Both the position numbers and the translations under genes were made by a program. From positions 62,001 through 126,000 of the forward strand of contig NIVC01000881.1 of assembly GCA_002269645.1 (NCBI GenBank): DNA of 64,000 nt. The letters are read 5' to 3'. Positions 12,640-37,410 of this stretch are shown here, in pieces. Position 1 is the stretch's first letter, and every line of letters starts with the position of its first letter. Origin of the DNA: Macrostomum lignano (taxonomy: Eukaryota). The notes beneath the pieces were generated by a model. It was not told the origin of the DNA. It searched no databases and worked only from the letters and a program-made list of their open reading frames with translations.

Positions 12640-15600
12640 GGAAACTTAGTACTTATTATGAGTTATGCATCAATAATGCCAATTAGAAGACAAGCAGAAG
12701 GCATAAGCAGAATATAGCTATTGGAGTCTAATTTTCACAAATTTGACCTACTGACCTAGTAGACTTAATATTGCTAACTACTTTTTTACAAAGAGAATAA
12801 AGTTAAGGAAAACATCAAATAAAGTAGGTTAACATAGACAATTAAGCTACAAAAAGTTATACTAGTCCCTATTCCAATTACTAGCCACTATGTATCAATA
12901 TTTTCTAATAAAATATGACAGTAGCTCTTAGCTCATCCTTCTTATATCTCAAGTCTTCTATCTTTCTTTGAAAATAGATTTTTATATTTGCAACATATTT
13001 TGGCAGATATAGACTGTTGCAAATGAAACTAAATCAACACTAAATAGGCAACTTTTTAAAAATGAACATGAATAGCTAAAAAGATTAAATGATATATAAA
13101 TTTGCAGTTTATAGCAAAATGGGCTAATGAGCCAGAGTCAGAGTCTAAGTAAAGAAACCTTTAGAATACCCTCAGAAGATGGCCTGCACCACTATATATA
13201 CATTGTATATTCAAATACCTAAGCTAGGGTTTAGTTTCTAAATGTTTAAAGCTTCAAGAATCCTATATACTAAAAAATGAGTTGTCTGTATGTATAATTA
13301 GTCTAAAATCAGAGCTGCTAGGATCAAATAATGTGTAAATAAATCAATTGGCTCACTCCTACAACACTTACATAGCCTCACTAATATTTATGCATAGTTA
13401 GTTTTTTAGCCAATGTTTAATGGCCTTGATGTAAGTCTTAGTTTTTCAAATATAAGCACTTCCAATGACTAGAGCAGTTAAATTTATAGACAACACATGT
13501 GCATAAAACCTTAGGAACATACATGCCCAACACCCGTCCAACCCATACAAACCAGACAGGTAAAATGGCCGCCAGCCAAGGTAAGTTGCAAAATTGAAAA
13601 AATGAATTGGGGGAAAAAAGAAAAGAAAGAAAGAGAAAAGGAAAAGAAAGGAAGGAGAAGAGAGGGGAAAGAGGAGAGAGAAAGAGAAGAAAAGATAAAA
13701 AGGCAAGAAAAGTTTTAATTAGGAGGAACTAAGTTGCAATTGGGAAGAACTAAGTTGCAATTAGGAAGAACTAAGTTGCAATTGGGAGATTTTTCTGCCT
13801 GTCATCTAGGCGTTGCAGTAAGTATATCTAAGTGTTATATATATGGCAAATTTTCGAAGGCATGATACATAGAAGGCTCCAATTTGTGTGCAGCACAATG
13901 GTGTTGGAAGAAATTGTTTCTTGCTCATGGTTTTAGCAAACTTGTAAGTCCAACTCGACTTCCTGTCATCATAGATGCTTTATCTGTTGTAACACCCTAT
14001 AGTCTCGCAAAACAACTGTCCCAATACTATCTTGAGTAAATAAATATTTTAGTATATCATGCTTTGTCTTGTTTCTGTGACTGACAATTGCTTAAATCTA
14101 TAGAAGTACATTATTGGTTTGCTCTTCTCAAGTATCCAGAAATATATCATTAGGTAACTATTTGTGATTGTTTGTATAACTATATATCTCTTTCTTGGAG
14201 GACTCTCACTTCTTTGGCCATCAGTCTCAGTCTCCAAATCTGAGTCCAAATGAATGGCTGTATATGGTCATTGGATCCACACTTCAATATCAGCATCAGT
14301 TGATGGGCAATATTCTATAGCAATAGATTCAGCATGAGCATTGTGCCATCATACAAATCTGTCTTAAAATGTCTAGTTTTTTCATTCATTTCAAAAACAG
14401 CTTCTCTTTTAGCTGAAATTACTTAAGAAAAGCAATATGCTTGGGTTGTTGCATCTGTACCATGAATCTCAATTTTTGCATTTTGCACAGATAGATCTCT
14501 ATTAGAAACAACAACCTCTGGATTTTACACCACTATTAACAGTCCCTCTCTGTGTGAGCTTGCTAAACATTGGGATAGTGGTACTTCTAGTTCCCTTGAA
14601 TATGCTGTAGCTGCACTATCACCTGATCCCTGTCCCTAGGCTGCACTTAAGATTGCTGGTAAATTTTCTTCTAATATCCAATGTGTACCACAACAATCAT
14701 TAACTTTTCCAGGAGTTACATGACCAAGTTTCTATCATGTAAAGAGCAATAGTTTTTGCTCTTCAGTTGCAGAAAGGAGGCACCAGTTGATAGAATAGTC
14801 TTCATGGCCTTATTTATCCCATTTATATGCAGGATTCTGTATATAGTCAGGTGTAGGTCTATCTTTAAGTGAAGTATATAATGACTCAAAGAATGTATAC
14901 AGGATATATATATATATATATGAGTGCACAAGTGAAAATATACAAGTTAGTTTGCCAGACATATAGTACAGTATGTAGAGTGTAGCCTAGAGTGTATTTT
15001 TTCCAACTTGGCACTATGTAAGATATGCTTTTTATGTCATTAGGCCTATTGCATTATGCCATATTTAGTGCAATTTAAGTCAACCCTTTTGCTTTTACAA
15101 CTTTGTCTTTGATATTATTAGCTTTATGATAAAAAAATACCTAGGCCTATATGGCTATAACAATTTTGGTAATAGCAAAGCAATAAGAATAAGATGGCTA
15201 TTACAACTTTGGTAATAGCAAAGCAGTAAGATTGCAAGATTCTCCTAGGACAATTTTAGATGGCAAAAGTCATAGGCCCTTAAGTGGAAAAAAGAAACAT
15301 TCTAAGAAAGAACAAACAACCCTAACAACTTGGTATCATCAGTGAGACAAGTAGGGAGAGTAGAATCCCCCCGGGTAGTATTTGGGTAGGCCTAGTATTT
15401 TGCTACCCAATTTAAAAAGGAGATCTAAGATTCAAGAAAGAAAATTCTATAGCGAGTATAGGCTTAGCATTATATTTACATACTTATAAATTCTAAAATG
15501 CTTATTAATAATACTGTTATTATACGATTTATATAAAATATTTATAGTACTAAGCCCTAAGTTTTAAGATGGACTAGGCCTAAGGCTATGGCCTAATAAA

Positions 15601-15700
15601 AAGCAAAAATTCAAAAGATCCAAAGTTCTAGAATGCAATCAAGCGAAGCAGACTGATCGTTACTTAGGGCCTAGTTAATACGCTCGTAAAATTACATAAT
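12640..15700. other. AT-rich, CpG-poor intergenic block between the divergent genes; possibly a heavily decayed transposon
   Basis: Very few CG dinucleotides; short coding-looking remnants (e.g. minus 14049-14249 MDSDLETETDGQRSESPPRKR); no TIRs found. Confidence 0.3.
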
Positions 15701-15849
15701 CTTTCATTACTTAACATCTACCCTAACCATATCAAGCCCACATGCATACGAATCTTTTAAGTTTAAACATGAATATCTATCTATTAAAATTTTTGGGAAG
15801 AATAAAGTTACATGAACTGAACATTTCCGAAAAATCTGATGATTTGTTC

Positions 15850-16228
15850 GGGTCTCCCTAAAACACGCACCGCCCCGCCCCACAGCGCTACACGTTAAAA
15901 CAAATTGGACTATAACTGAAGACATTTCAAAATGCGTTTTATGTTAAGCTTTAAGCTTTTATAAAATTTAGTTTTTTTTACTTTAAAATATTAAATTCGG
16001 TGTATAATAAGTGATACAATTAATAATATTAATAAAATAATAATAATTTAATTTAATAATGCAAACAAGAATATGAAAAATAATAATAATATTTAAAGTA
16101 ATATTTAAAGTTAATTATTCTGTTACTCTTACAACAAATAGTTTTCTTTGCAATCAAAATACTGCATTGACAAAAATGTTATAATGTGTAGCGGTCGGGG
16201 CGGTGCGGTGCGTGTTTTAGGGAGACCC
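15850..16228. mobile_element. 379-bp MITE, Mutator/Foldback-like (about 43-bp TIRs, 9-bp TSD)
   Basis: TIR GGGTCTCCCTAAAACACGCACCGC... at 15850-15892 and its inverse at 16187-16228; perfect 9-bp direct repeat GATTTGTTC at 15841-15849 and 16229-16237; AT-rich interior. Confidence 0.85.
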
Positions 16229-16646
16229 GATTTGTTCGTTTAAAACCGGATTAAAGCTATTTTTAACAAATTACAAGTACTCGAAAAAAAATTGCTAATT
16301 TAAAACAAAACAATAATAGAACATGACATTTAAAGTTAACTAATCTTTATTTTTCAAAGCTGAAGAAGTTTTTAAAGTGAATGCTTTGTGTGTTATCCCA
16401 AAAATATTTTTTTTGAATTACAGATTTACCGAGGAATTTCAGACTGCCCAGATACATTTTCACAAATGCGCTTCTCATAGCACTAAAATGAATCAATGAT
16501 AATATTACTAGCAAATTACTTCTCCGTAAAAGGTTACAGCGGAAATTTTAAGTACTTTGGTAACTACTAGGCGGCTTCTCCAATTTTTTACTGATATATT
16601 ATAGATATTTTACAAAATATATTTATCAGGTAGTTATAACTACACG

Positions 16647-27912
<11,266 letters not shown>

Positions 27913-28059
27913 GCGTAATTTAAATATTATTGCATTTTGACTGAGTCATGCTACTTGCGAGCATTTAGAGAAAGTTAGTAGTGCTATTTGCACGTTACTA
28001 TCGCATTTAATTCAAACTCTTGCAAAAACGTTGGCCCTCAACTTTTCTTGTTCAAACAG

Positions 28060-28087
28060 GAGGGCACCGTCTCCAGGACCCGAGTGA
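28060..28087 (+). CDS. DNM: Probable dynamin 24-nt micro-exon (28060-28083) extending the PRD: ...PPMVPQ-RAPSPGP(E*)
   Basis: Donor CA|GTAAG at 27909; acceptor ACTTTTCTTGTTCAAACAG at 28059; frame-preserving Pro-rich 24 nt; perfect donor GTGAGT at 28084; TGA at 28085-28087 if that donor is not used. Confidence 0.6.
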
Positions 28088-28284
28088 GTTGATGCTTTAA
28101 ATTTGTTTAACTTTGTGTGCATCTTGATGAGGTCAGTGAGGTCGAGGAGGTTAAAGAGAAAGTGATTCAGAACGAACACAAAACGCAACCTTCCCGTGTT
28201 AACATTGCAGCTCTCGCAGGAAGTAATTTCGAAAAGGTGAATACAGCTTTTTAGCAAATTAGTTGCTCAATTTTTGATCCTCAA

Positions 28285-28391
<107 letters not shown>

Positions 28392-29364
28392 AGTTTTGCG
28401 TGTTCTCTTAGAAGTCTATTAGGTTTTTGGATCTCTCTTGGTGAACGCCATAACCCACTCCTCATCAATGAATTGTAGAAGGCATTCAGGTACAGCCAGA
28501 ACCACAGCGAGTTTTCGAATGAGAAACTACTAAAATCATGCTTATAAGAGTTTATTTAAACTGTGCTACTCACAAAGCAGTAGGCTTGTAGCGAGCATTG
28601 ACTCATAAAAAGTCAAATTATCATGCATAAAATTTGCACATATTTTCGGTTCGAACTAGTCACTGTGCATCTGCGCTAATTTTAGCCGAACATTTTGTTA
28701 CGCATTCATTTATATTTTTCAACTAGATTCGAAATTAGTATATTTATTATATCCATGCACCGCTACAGCGAGCGTTTGTTTTTTTATAAAGCTTTTTTCA
28801 TGTCTCGCAATCTCATTCAGTCATCATTTTGTAGAAATATTTTTGTTACATCGAGTTTTTGTTTAACTCCCTGTTTACTGTTTATCCGTGATAATCTGTT
28901 TACTGTGATCAGAAGTAGAATTGTTTCTCCCTAGAGGGCTTCAATTATGAAAGCATATTTGTTTGACAAACCAAATCAAATTTCTGCATAATAATCTTCT
29001 GCTTCTGCATACCCCCCCCAGTCAGGATTCCAAATGCTTTTGTAATTTTGCGATTTAATTTTGGCTGGCATTGTGCAATCTTCTCAACTCAATGTTTCTT
29101 TAGTTAGTTTCATGCAACAAGTAGATTACTTAAAAGTGCACCTTGTACTTTAATCGCTATAATCTCACTTAGAAGCTTCGCTGCAGGTGATAATAGTCTA
29201 TGGGCACGCCCGAATATTGCATAATTATTTTTATTAACGTTGTGAGTCCTTGCTCATTGGTTATCCAAATATATTATACATTTAGCTAATGTTATTACTC
29301 ATAGCCCTATACGCTTCTTGTACTGTTGTTTTTGGGTTAAAGCTACAGAAATGCTCTGGGTCAG

Positions 29365-29660
29365 GGGGCGGATGGGGGCGGATCAGGGGCGGATCGGGGG
29401 CGAATCAGGGGGCGAATAGGGGGCGGATCAGGGGCGGATGGGGGCGGATCAGGGGGCGGATCAGGGGCGGATCGGGGGCGGATCAGGGGGCGAATCAGGG
29501 GCGGATCAGGGGGCGGATCAAGGAGGTGGATCAGGGTGGCGGATTAGGGGGCGGATGGGGGCGGATCAGGGGGCGGATCAGAAAGCGGATCAGTGGCAGA
29601 TCCAGGGGGCAGATCAGGTGGATCAGGGGGGCGGATCAGGGGCGGATCAGGGATTGATAG
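29365..29660. repeat. G-rich 11-12-bp minisatellite GGGGCGGATCA upstream of the orphan GPCR
   Basis: Tandem copies containing GGGCGG boxes. Confidence 0.9.
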
Positions 29661-30020
29661 GGGAGCGGATCTCTCCGGGTAGTTCTTAACCAGACAGGTC
29701 AATGTGTTAATAAAGAGCGTGGGCGGTTTAGGCGTTTGATGAAGTGTTTGGGGCCGGGATATGCACAAATATCGCTAGTGCAAGATGGCAAGCAGGTGTT
29801 TCCTATTTGCAGTAAGTGCGCCGAACATTGGCCCCTTATCTAAAGCTGGGTAAACACAAGCAATAAGCAGACTCCAGTAGTTGCTATGGTGACAGTCAAT
29901 ATTGGCCATGCGGAATCGCGGCGTGAATGGAGATAAGACGAGTTTACCGATGGGAACTCACGCAGATTTCGGTTTGGAAATATTCGCTCCCTAAGCTCCA
30001 CACACCTGAGCAACAGCAGG

Positions 30021-32397
30021 ATGCAGCACGAGCGGCACTCTGCATTTCGAATTTCGAATACTCAGGACACAAATTGGATTCACATCGTGCTGACTCCGCT
30101 GGCCTCAGCGCTGGTGCTGACTGTGTCCGGCCTCACTGCTGTCATCTATCACAGCGTCATCAAGCGCAGAGGTGTCACCACATTCCGATTGATGATCCTG
30201 TCTCTCTCGTGCTCCGACATCACTCTGGGATTTGGCTTGCAGGCCAAATTCGTGATGTCACTTCGGAGGGACTGGATGTCCCAGCCTGTTGCCTGTCTGG
30301 TGTGCCTGTGCCTCATCTTCTGCCCCCTGTACGTGTCTCAGGTGAGCTGTGGGATCAGTGAATTGTGGGATCAGTGAATTGTGGGATCAGTGAATTGTGG
30401 GATCAGTGAATTGTAAGATCAGTGAATTGTGGGATCAGTGAATTGTGGGATCAGTGAATTGTGGGATCAGTGAATTGTAAGATCAGTGAATTGTGGGATC
30501 AGTGAATTGTGGGATCAGTGAATTGTGGGATCAGTGAATTTTGGGATCAGTGAATTGTGGGATCGGTGAATTGTGGGATCAGTGAATTGGGATCAGTGAA
30601 TTGTGGGTGGGATCATATGCGATGGTGGGATCATATGGGATGATATGGGATGGTGGGATCATATGGAATGATATGGGATGATATGGGATGGTGGGATAAT
30701 ATGGGATGATATGGGATTGTGGGATAATATGGGATGATATGGAATGATATTGGATGGTGGGATAATATAGGATTGTGGGATCATATGGGATGATATGGGA
30801 TGGTGGGATCATATGGAATGATATGGGATGATATGGGATGATATGGGATGATATGGGATGATATGGGATGGTGGGATCATATGGGATATGGGATGGTGGG
30901 ATCATATAGGATGATATGGGATGGTGGGATCATTTGGGATGATATGGGATGGTGGGATCATTTGGGATGATATGGGATGGTGGGATCATATGGAATGATA
31001 TGGGATGGTGGGATCATTTGGGATGATATGGGATGGTGGGATCATATGGGATGATATGGGATGGTGGGATCATATGGGATGATATGGGATGGTGGGATCA
31101 TTTGGGATGATATGGGATGGTGGGATCATTTGGGATGATATGGGATGATATGGGATAATATGGGATGATATGGGATCATATGGGATCATATGGGATCATA
31201 TGGGATGATATGGGATGGTGGGATCATTTGGGATGATATGGGATGGTGGGATCATTTGGGATGATATGGGATGGTGGGATGATATGGGATGGTGGGATCA
31301 TTTGGGATGATATGGGATGGTGGGATCATTTGGGATGATATGGGATGATATGAGATGATATGGGATGATATGGGATCATATGGGATGATATGGGATGATA
31401 TGGGATCATATGGGATGATATGGGATGATATGGGATGATATGGGATGATATGGGATGATATGGGATGATATGGGATGATATGGGATGATATGGGATGATA
31501 TGGGATGATATGGGATGATATGGGATGATATGGGATGATATGGGATGATATGGGATGATATGGGATGATATGGGATGATATGGGATGATATGGGATCATA
31601 TGGGATCATATGGGATCATATGGGATCATATGGGATCATATGGGAGTATGCAATCACTCAGTCACGGGCCATGCATTCAGCTGCTGCTCTCTCTCAAGGC
31701 GCACCTGCTGCTGCTCTCGGCCGAGCGCTACGCCTCAGTGCGCCGTCCAGAAGCGCGCGCCTCCTGGGAGCGCCGGCGCCCCCTGCTGCTCAGCCTGCCG
31801 TGGCTGTACGGCTTTGCGGTGGCCGGCCCCGTCCAGTTCGCCAGCTTCCGGCACGACTTCCGCCGGCCGGTCCGTTGCACCTTCAGCCGCGACCACCACC
31901 CGGCCTACCAGGCCACCCTGGTCGGCCTGTTCTTTGCCACCGCCGTCGCTCTGCTGCTCCTCAACTGGCGCCTCTGCCAGCTGGCGCGCACTGCTAAAGC
32001 GCGCGTCGATCCGCGCTACCCAGCTGCAGTGTTGCCAGCAGCAGCAACTTCGCCGCCTCTGCCGCCGCCGGGCCGGGCGGTCCGACACCTCGCCCTGGTG
32101 GTCGGCGCTTTCACCGGCTGCCACCTGCCGCTGATGGTGTACCTGTGCGCCGTGATGCTGGACCCCGACAGTCCGCAGTCCAGCTACCTGGCTCTGCTGT
32201 ACTATCCCGCCTACCTGGCCAGCGGCATCGCCTTCGTGGTGCACTCGCGCACCGCGCCGGAGTTTCGGCGCGAGCTGCACAGACGGAGGCTGGCTCTGCT
32301 GGGCGACTGCGGACGGGCCAGACGGCCGCCTGCGGCTGCGAGAAGATCGCGGGAGCCTACGAAATCCACCACTGATGAGACCACGGTGGGACTGTAG
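30021..32397 (+). CDS. Divergent orphan class A (rhodopsin-like) GPCR, 345 aa; exons 30021-30341 and 31681-32397
   Basis: Seven hydrophobic segments after splicing CAG|GTGAG...TTCAG|CTG; TM2 LSCSD, TM3 ERY, TM4 W, Cys at the top of TM3 and in ECL2, TM6 FTGCHLP, helix-8-like EFRREL. Confidence 0.85.
30342..31645. repeat. Compound array filling the GPCR intron: 16-bp GTGAATTGTGGGATCA (30342-30600), then 10-bp ATGGGATGAT family (30600-31645)
   Basis: Read directly; the first unit is the splice donor GTGAGCTGTGGGATCA. Confidence 0.95.
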
Positions 32398-32404
32398 GCT
32401 GTTT

Positions 32405-33190
<786 letters not shown>

Positions 33191-33379
33191 TCCTCACGTA
33201 CGGAAAATGATAAAAATGTTTTGTAGGTAGGAACAAAAACTGAAAATGCTTTGATGAATTCTTCCCATCATAATTTTTTCTCGTCATAAAATGCTGTGTG
33301 ACTGTGTCTTTGCCGCCATCTCTCGCGCTAAATAAATCATAACGTCATCTAACTGAAAGCAAATATTCTGACTCCGATT

Positions 33380-33640
33380 AATATTGGTGCGATTGGTGCG
33401 ATTCTAGGGGCGGATCAGTGCGATTCTAGGGGGCGGATTGGTGCGATTCTAGGGGCGGATTGGTGCAATTCTAGGGGCGGATTGGTGCGATTCTAGGGGC
33501 GGATTGGTGCGATTCTAGGGGCGGATCAGTGCGATTCTAGGGGCGGATTAATGCGATTCTAGGGGCGGATTGGTGCGATTCTAGGGGTGGATTGGTGCGA
33601 TTCTAGGGGCGGATTAGTGCGATTCTAGGGGCGGATGGGT
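33380..33640. repeat. 22-bp minisatellite ATTGGTGCGATTCTAGGGGCGG
   Basis: About 12 tandem copies. Confidence 0.93.
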
Positions 33641-33695
33641 GCAAAGCTAAGGTGATTCTAATAAGAAATGTTGAGAAAAAGATTCAATTTCAGAA

Positions 33696-34157
33696 GTGCA
33701 CTGGTGCAGACTACTGCAGTCTATGGGCGCAATGGCCTGTGCGCAGTCAATGCGGAATCAATTGCTGCTCGCGGCCGAGGCATCTTTAACGACAACCAGT
33801 CGATTTTTGAGCACAATAATGCGATCCCGAGGAAACTTGTCCGCGGCATCCAATTTGCCTCCTTTTAACGCCAAAGTCAGTTGTTCGGCGCGCGAGCACG
33901 GGACCAACAATCGACACAATGCTGTCGCTCCAGTTGGCGCCACAAACGGCGCCAATGAAGGCGTCAGTGGGGCAGCAGATGTTCTCATCAGTCTGGCGGC
34001 CTTTCTGGCCGGCGTATCGGTCGGCATCGTCGAGTGCCTCGCCGCTGGACTCGGGCTGGCGGCCGGGTGTCCTGGCGATCTTGCGCGTCACCTGCTTAGC
34101 GCCGGAATAGCCGCGCTAATTGGCTGCGCGCCCATGGCCGCCGCGCGAGTCAGGTGA
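33696..34157. other. GC-rich coding-like segment of unresolved strand and frame
   Basis: Composition resembles the exons; overlapping ORFs + 33696-34157 (hydrophobic C-terminus) and - 33758-34027; no recognisable family. Confidence 0.25.
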
Positions 34158-34269
34158 CTGGGGGGGGGGGCGTAGGATGTTGGCTTTCCCCTCTGAGGGA
34201 CGCTAAGTACAATTTTTCATTGTTAACTGTCAAAACTCATAACGAAAGGAGCAGTGGGATAACGATAGT

Positions 34270-34400
34270 TGCCAGACAGACTTTTGCCAGACAGACTTTT
34301 GCCAGACAGACATTTGCCAGACAGATATTTGCCAGACAGACTTTTGCCAGACAGATATTTGCCAGACAGATATTGCCAGACAAATATTTGCCAGACAGAT
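34270..34400. repeat. 15-bp minisatellite TTGCCAGACAGAYWT
   Basis: About 9 copies. Confidence 0.85.
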
Positions 34401-34419
34401 ATATTTACCAGACACACAC

Positions 34420-34595
34420 CCTCAATTACCCCAGCCAATGCTGGCACCCATTTTACAGCTGGGTAAACTGCAGCAATGCAGAGTTAAGTGTCTTGCTCAA
34501 GGACACCAAATCGTTCCGAGTAAGGGTCGAGAATCGAACCCCTGACCTTTCAGCGGCGAGTCCCGACACTCTACACCACTAAGGCTACAAGCCCC
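34420..34595 (-). mobile_element. tRNA-derived SINE
   Basis: Minus-strand head TAGCCTTAGTGG (A box) and GGTTCGATTC (B box, 34531-34540), followed by GTGTCCTTGAGCAAGACACTTAAC and ACCCAGCTGTAAAATGGGT, which resemble conserved central domains of metazoan tRNA-SINEs (recalled, not searched). Confidence 0.7.
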
Positions 34596-34793
34596 TTCAA
34601 TAGAAGCACGGAGACCTATTATGAATAATATAAAAAAAAAAATAAGAAAATAGTCTTTGTATAAGCATATGATTAGCGCCTGTTGCAACTGTTGGCTTCC
34701 AAATTGTAGCAAAACTCCAACCATACCAGAGACGTTGTCCATCTACGCGCGACCCTGGCCGCACGACGCCGCACCCAACTGCTCAGGCGTCTC

Positions 34794-35477
34794 ATGCTCG
34801 ATTCCGAGTCGGTCGTCGCTCCCCGCCAGCCGTCGTTGGTGGTCTCCACGCCCGACGAAGAGGAGGCCGTGGCGGCTGCCCAGAGAGTGTCGTCACCGGA
34901 TTTGCAGGAGTCGGCAGCCTTGGTGGAGCAGATTGAGACCGCAATATTGCCGTGCGGCCTGTCCGTGGACCTGATCGCCTGGGCGGTCATCCGCATGGAG
35001 AAGCCGCAGTTCCAGCTGCTCAGCTCAGATGGCGGCGAGCAGCAGCAGCAGCAGGATCAGGATGGTCAAAGCTCAGCTCCGGTGAGCGTCAGGCGGTTTC
35101 TCCGGGGTATCTGGGAGTTCTACCGGCCGCAGCAGGTTAACAAGCTGGACGCCGACTGCTGGGAGAGGCGCCGGCTGATTGCCGCCCTGCTGTTCCTGCC
35201 GATGTCGGGCTGCTACGCGCTGCAGCTGGCCAGCCTCCTGTACGTGTCAGCCTCGGTGACCGGCTCCTCATCGATCGGGGCCTGTCCTGCCTCCGGCTTC
35301 CTGATGGCCGCCAGTCAAGGTGCCGTGTGGCTACGCGGAGGTCTGTTCGGCCTGGCTTTTATCGGCTGCGTGGTGGCCAGCTGCGTGGAGCTGGTGCAGC
35401 GGCGGATTCGCAGCAATTTGCTGGCTGTTAGGCTGCGTCAGCACAAGCAGAGCCTGTTTGGCAAACTGTTCGGATAA
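34794..35477 (+). CDS. Intronless orphan protein, 227 aa, with an acidic N-terminus and two predicted TM segments
   Basis: ATG-initiated ORF with host-like GC3-rich codons; hydrophobic stretches LIAALLFLPMSGCYALQLASLLYV and GGLFGLAFIGCVVASCVELV; no family recognised. Confidence 0.6.
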   Translation: MLDSESVVAPRQPSLVVSTPDEEEAVAAAQRVSSPDLQESAALVEQIETAILPCGLSVDLIAWAVIRMEKPQFQLLSSDGGEQQQQQDQDGQSSAPVSVRRFLRGIWEFYRPQQVNKLDADCWERRRLIAALLFLPMSGCYALQLASLLYVSASVTGSSSIGACPASGFLMAASQGAVWLRGGLFGLAFIGCVVASCVELVQRRIRSNLLAVRLRQHKQSLFGKLFG

Positions 35478-36112
35478 CAGTTCGATTCGAAATTTATTGA
35501 TTGTTTGGGTCTAAAGTATAAGGGTGGATCTAATCTATTGATTTGCAAGGGAAATTATACTTAAAGCATAGATATTCACATACTATGCCACTAAAGGCTA
35601 CAAGCCCCTTCAATAGAAGCACGGAGACCTATTATGAATAATATAAAATATGTGGAATTCAGTGGAATTTCTTATCTGTTAATATTTTTCTACGTCTGGT
35701 ATAACGATTAAAAATAGAAACGCGCAGCATACTACTTACCGGAAAAATTCTCTCCTTTTCTACTATTTTCCCTACATATCTGGGGCCTGGAACTTAGGGT
35801 ACAAACAATATATTTTAGATTTTCTACATTTATCCTTGAATAAAATGAACCTTTTGAAGAATTTTTTATATGCTAAGATTACTTTTATTTAACAATATTT
35901 CATCATTTTTAACTATCGTACACAACATATCGGAAACGTATGCATTAGACTAGATTCAAGCTGTGTAAAACCAAATAGGTTCGTCTGATTTGCTGAATTT
36001 TAGCAGCGATAAACTACGAATGGATTGATGTGTCTTGTACGTACCGGCATCCTAAATAATAATTTTCTTATCCAAGTCTTGTTCCAGTTCGAGAAAAATT
36101 CTGCCAAAAAAT

Positions 36113-36185
36113 TGCCGCGACCCGGGATCGAACCAGGGACCTTTAGATCTTCAGTCTAACGCTCTCCCTACTGAGCTATCGCGGC
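36113..36185 (-). tRNA. trnF-GAA: tRNA-Phe (GAA)
   Basis: 73-nt GCCGCGATAGCTCAGTAGGGAGAGCGTTAGACTGAAGATCTAAAGGTCCCTGGTTCGATCCCGGGTCGCGGCA; 7-bp acceptor stem, GAA anticodon, T6 Pol III terminator downstream. Confidence 0.97.
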
Positions 36186-37113
36186 TTGAAATGAAGGACC
36201 AGAGATTGTCGTTTTATTCTGAAATATTTCTGACCAAAAGCATGATGCATCCATACAAGTGCTTTTCTATCCATAAAATCAACTTACTACAAATCATATG
36301 CTGCGGAGGCATATGTCACCCCTACTACCCTATAATACAGATCCTAAAAAACACGTTTATTGATTTTTTTTATCGATGCTCACAGCTCGCTCAAGCAAGC
36401 TCCTCGGCAATTTTTTAAAAAATCAATGAAATATCGCCAAAATTTTTAATTGAAATCTGATCTGGATTAATGTTAATTTTATTAATTTTTTTCAATTTTG
36501 TTAATTTTATGTTTAGACAACACGTTATAGAGAAAATTGATAGACTTTTTTATAAAGAGCATTACATGCAATTTATTCTACTAACAGTATAATAAAGACG
36601 CTTGTAGATTAATTTTTAAATTGCCATTAATACGCTAAATATATGATATAACGCACAGTGGCTTTTTGTTATAGTAGACTGAGTTGGTCCACATATGCCG
36701 GCAGCCATGTGCCTGTCCCGCTCTCGATCAGAAAAACTGAATGAGCAAAAAATCAATCTAGGAAGAGCTGGAATCGGGAAATTTCCATTGGGGTTAGTAT
36801 ATTTGCTGTCGTGGTCGTGATCGAGAATTAAACAATGTACAGAAGGTGCGGCACAGCTAGCTGTAATCTATATGCTGATCTAGACAATAGATTAAGACCA
36901 GCTAGCATATAAATATTTATTGTTGATTAAGCTGATCGCTATACCCTTAGGGCCAATGTGCTTATAAGATATTGTGTCATATATGTAAATGTTATTGCAG
37001 CGTACATAGAGTACTTGAAGCGTACAAAAAGAGTACTTGAGGTTATACCGTAACTTGTACAGGCTAAGTGCTTTGCGTTTGAAGTTTTTGATGTTTTCAT
37101 TTCGAGACATTCT

Positions 37114-37410
37114 GCTGGCGCCCCTGGTGCTGGCGCCCCTGGTGCTGGCGCCCCTGGTGCTGGCGCCCCTGGTGCTGGCGCCCCTGGTGCTGGCGCCCCT
37201 GGTGCTGGCGCCCCTGGTGCTGGCGCCCCTGGTGCTGGCGCCCCTGGTGCTGGCGCCCCTGGTGCTGGCGCCCCTGGTGCTGGCGCCCCTGGTGCTGGCG
37301 CCCCTGGTGCTGGCGCCCCTGGTGCTGGCGCCCCTGGTGCTGGCGCCCCTGGTGCTGGCGCCCCTGGTGCTGGCGCCCCTGGTGCTGGCGCCCCTGGTGC
37401 TGGCGCCCCT
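37114..37410. repeat. Perfect 15-bp repeat GCTGGCGCCCCTGGT, about 20 copies
   Basis: No mismatches seen across 297 bp. Confidence 0.97.

Noticed and set aside
34420-34595. tRNA-like sequence as a true tRNA gene
   Set aside because: No complete cloverleaf or acceptor stem, and it continues into a SINE-type body.
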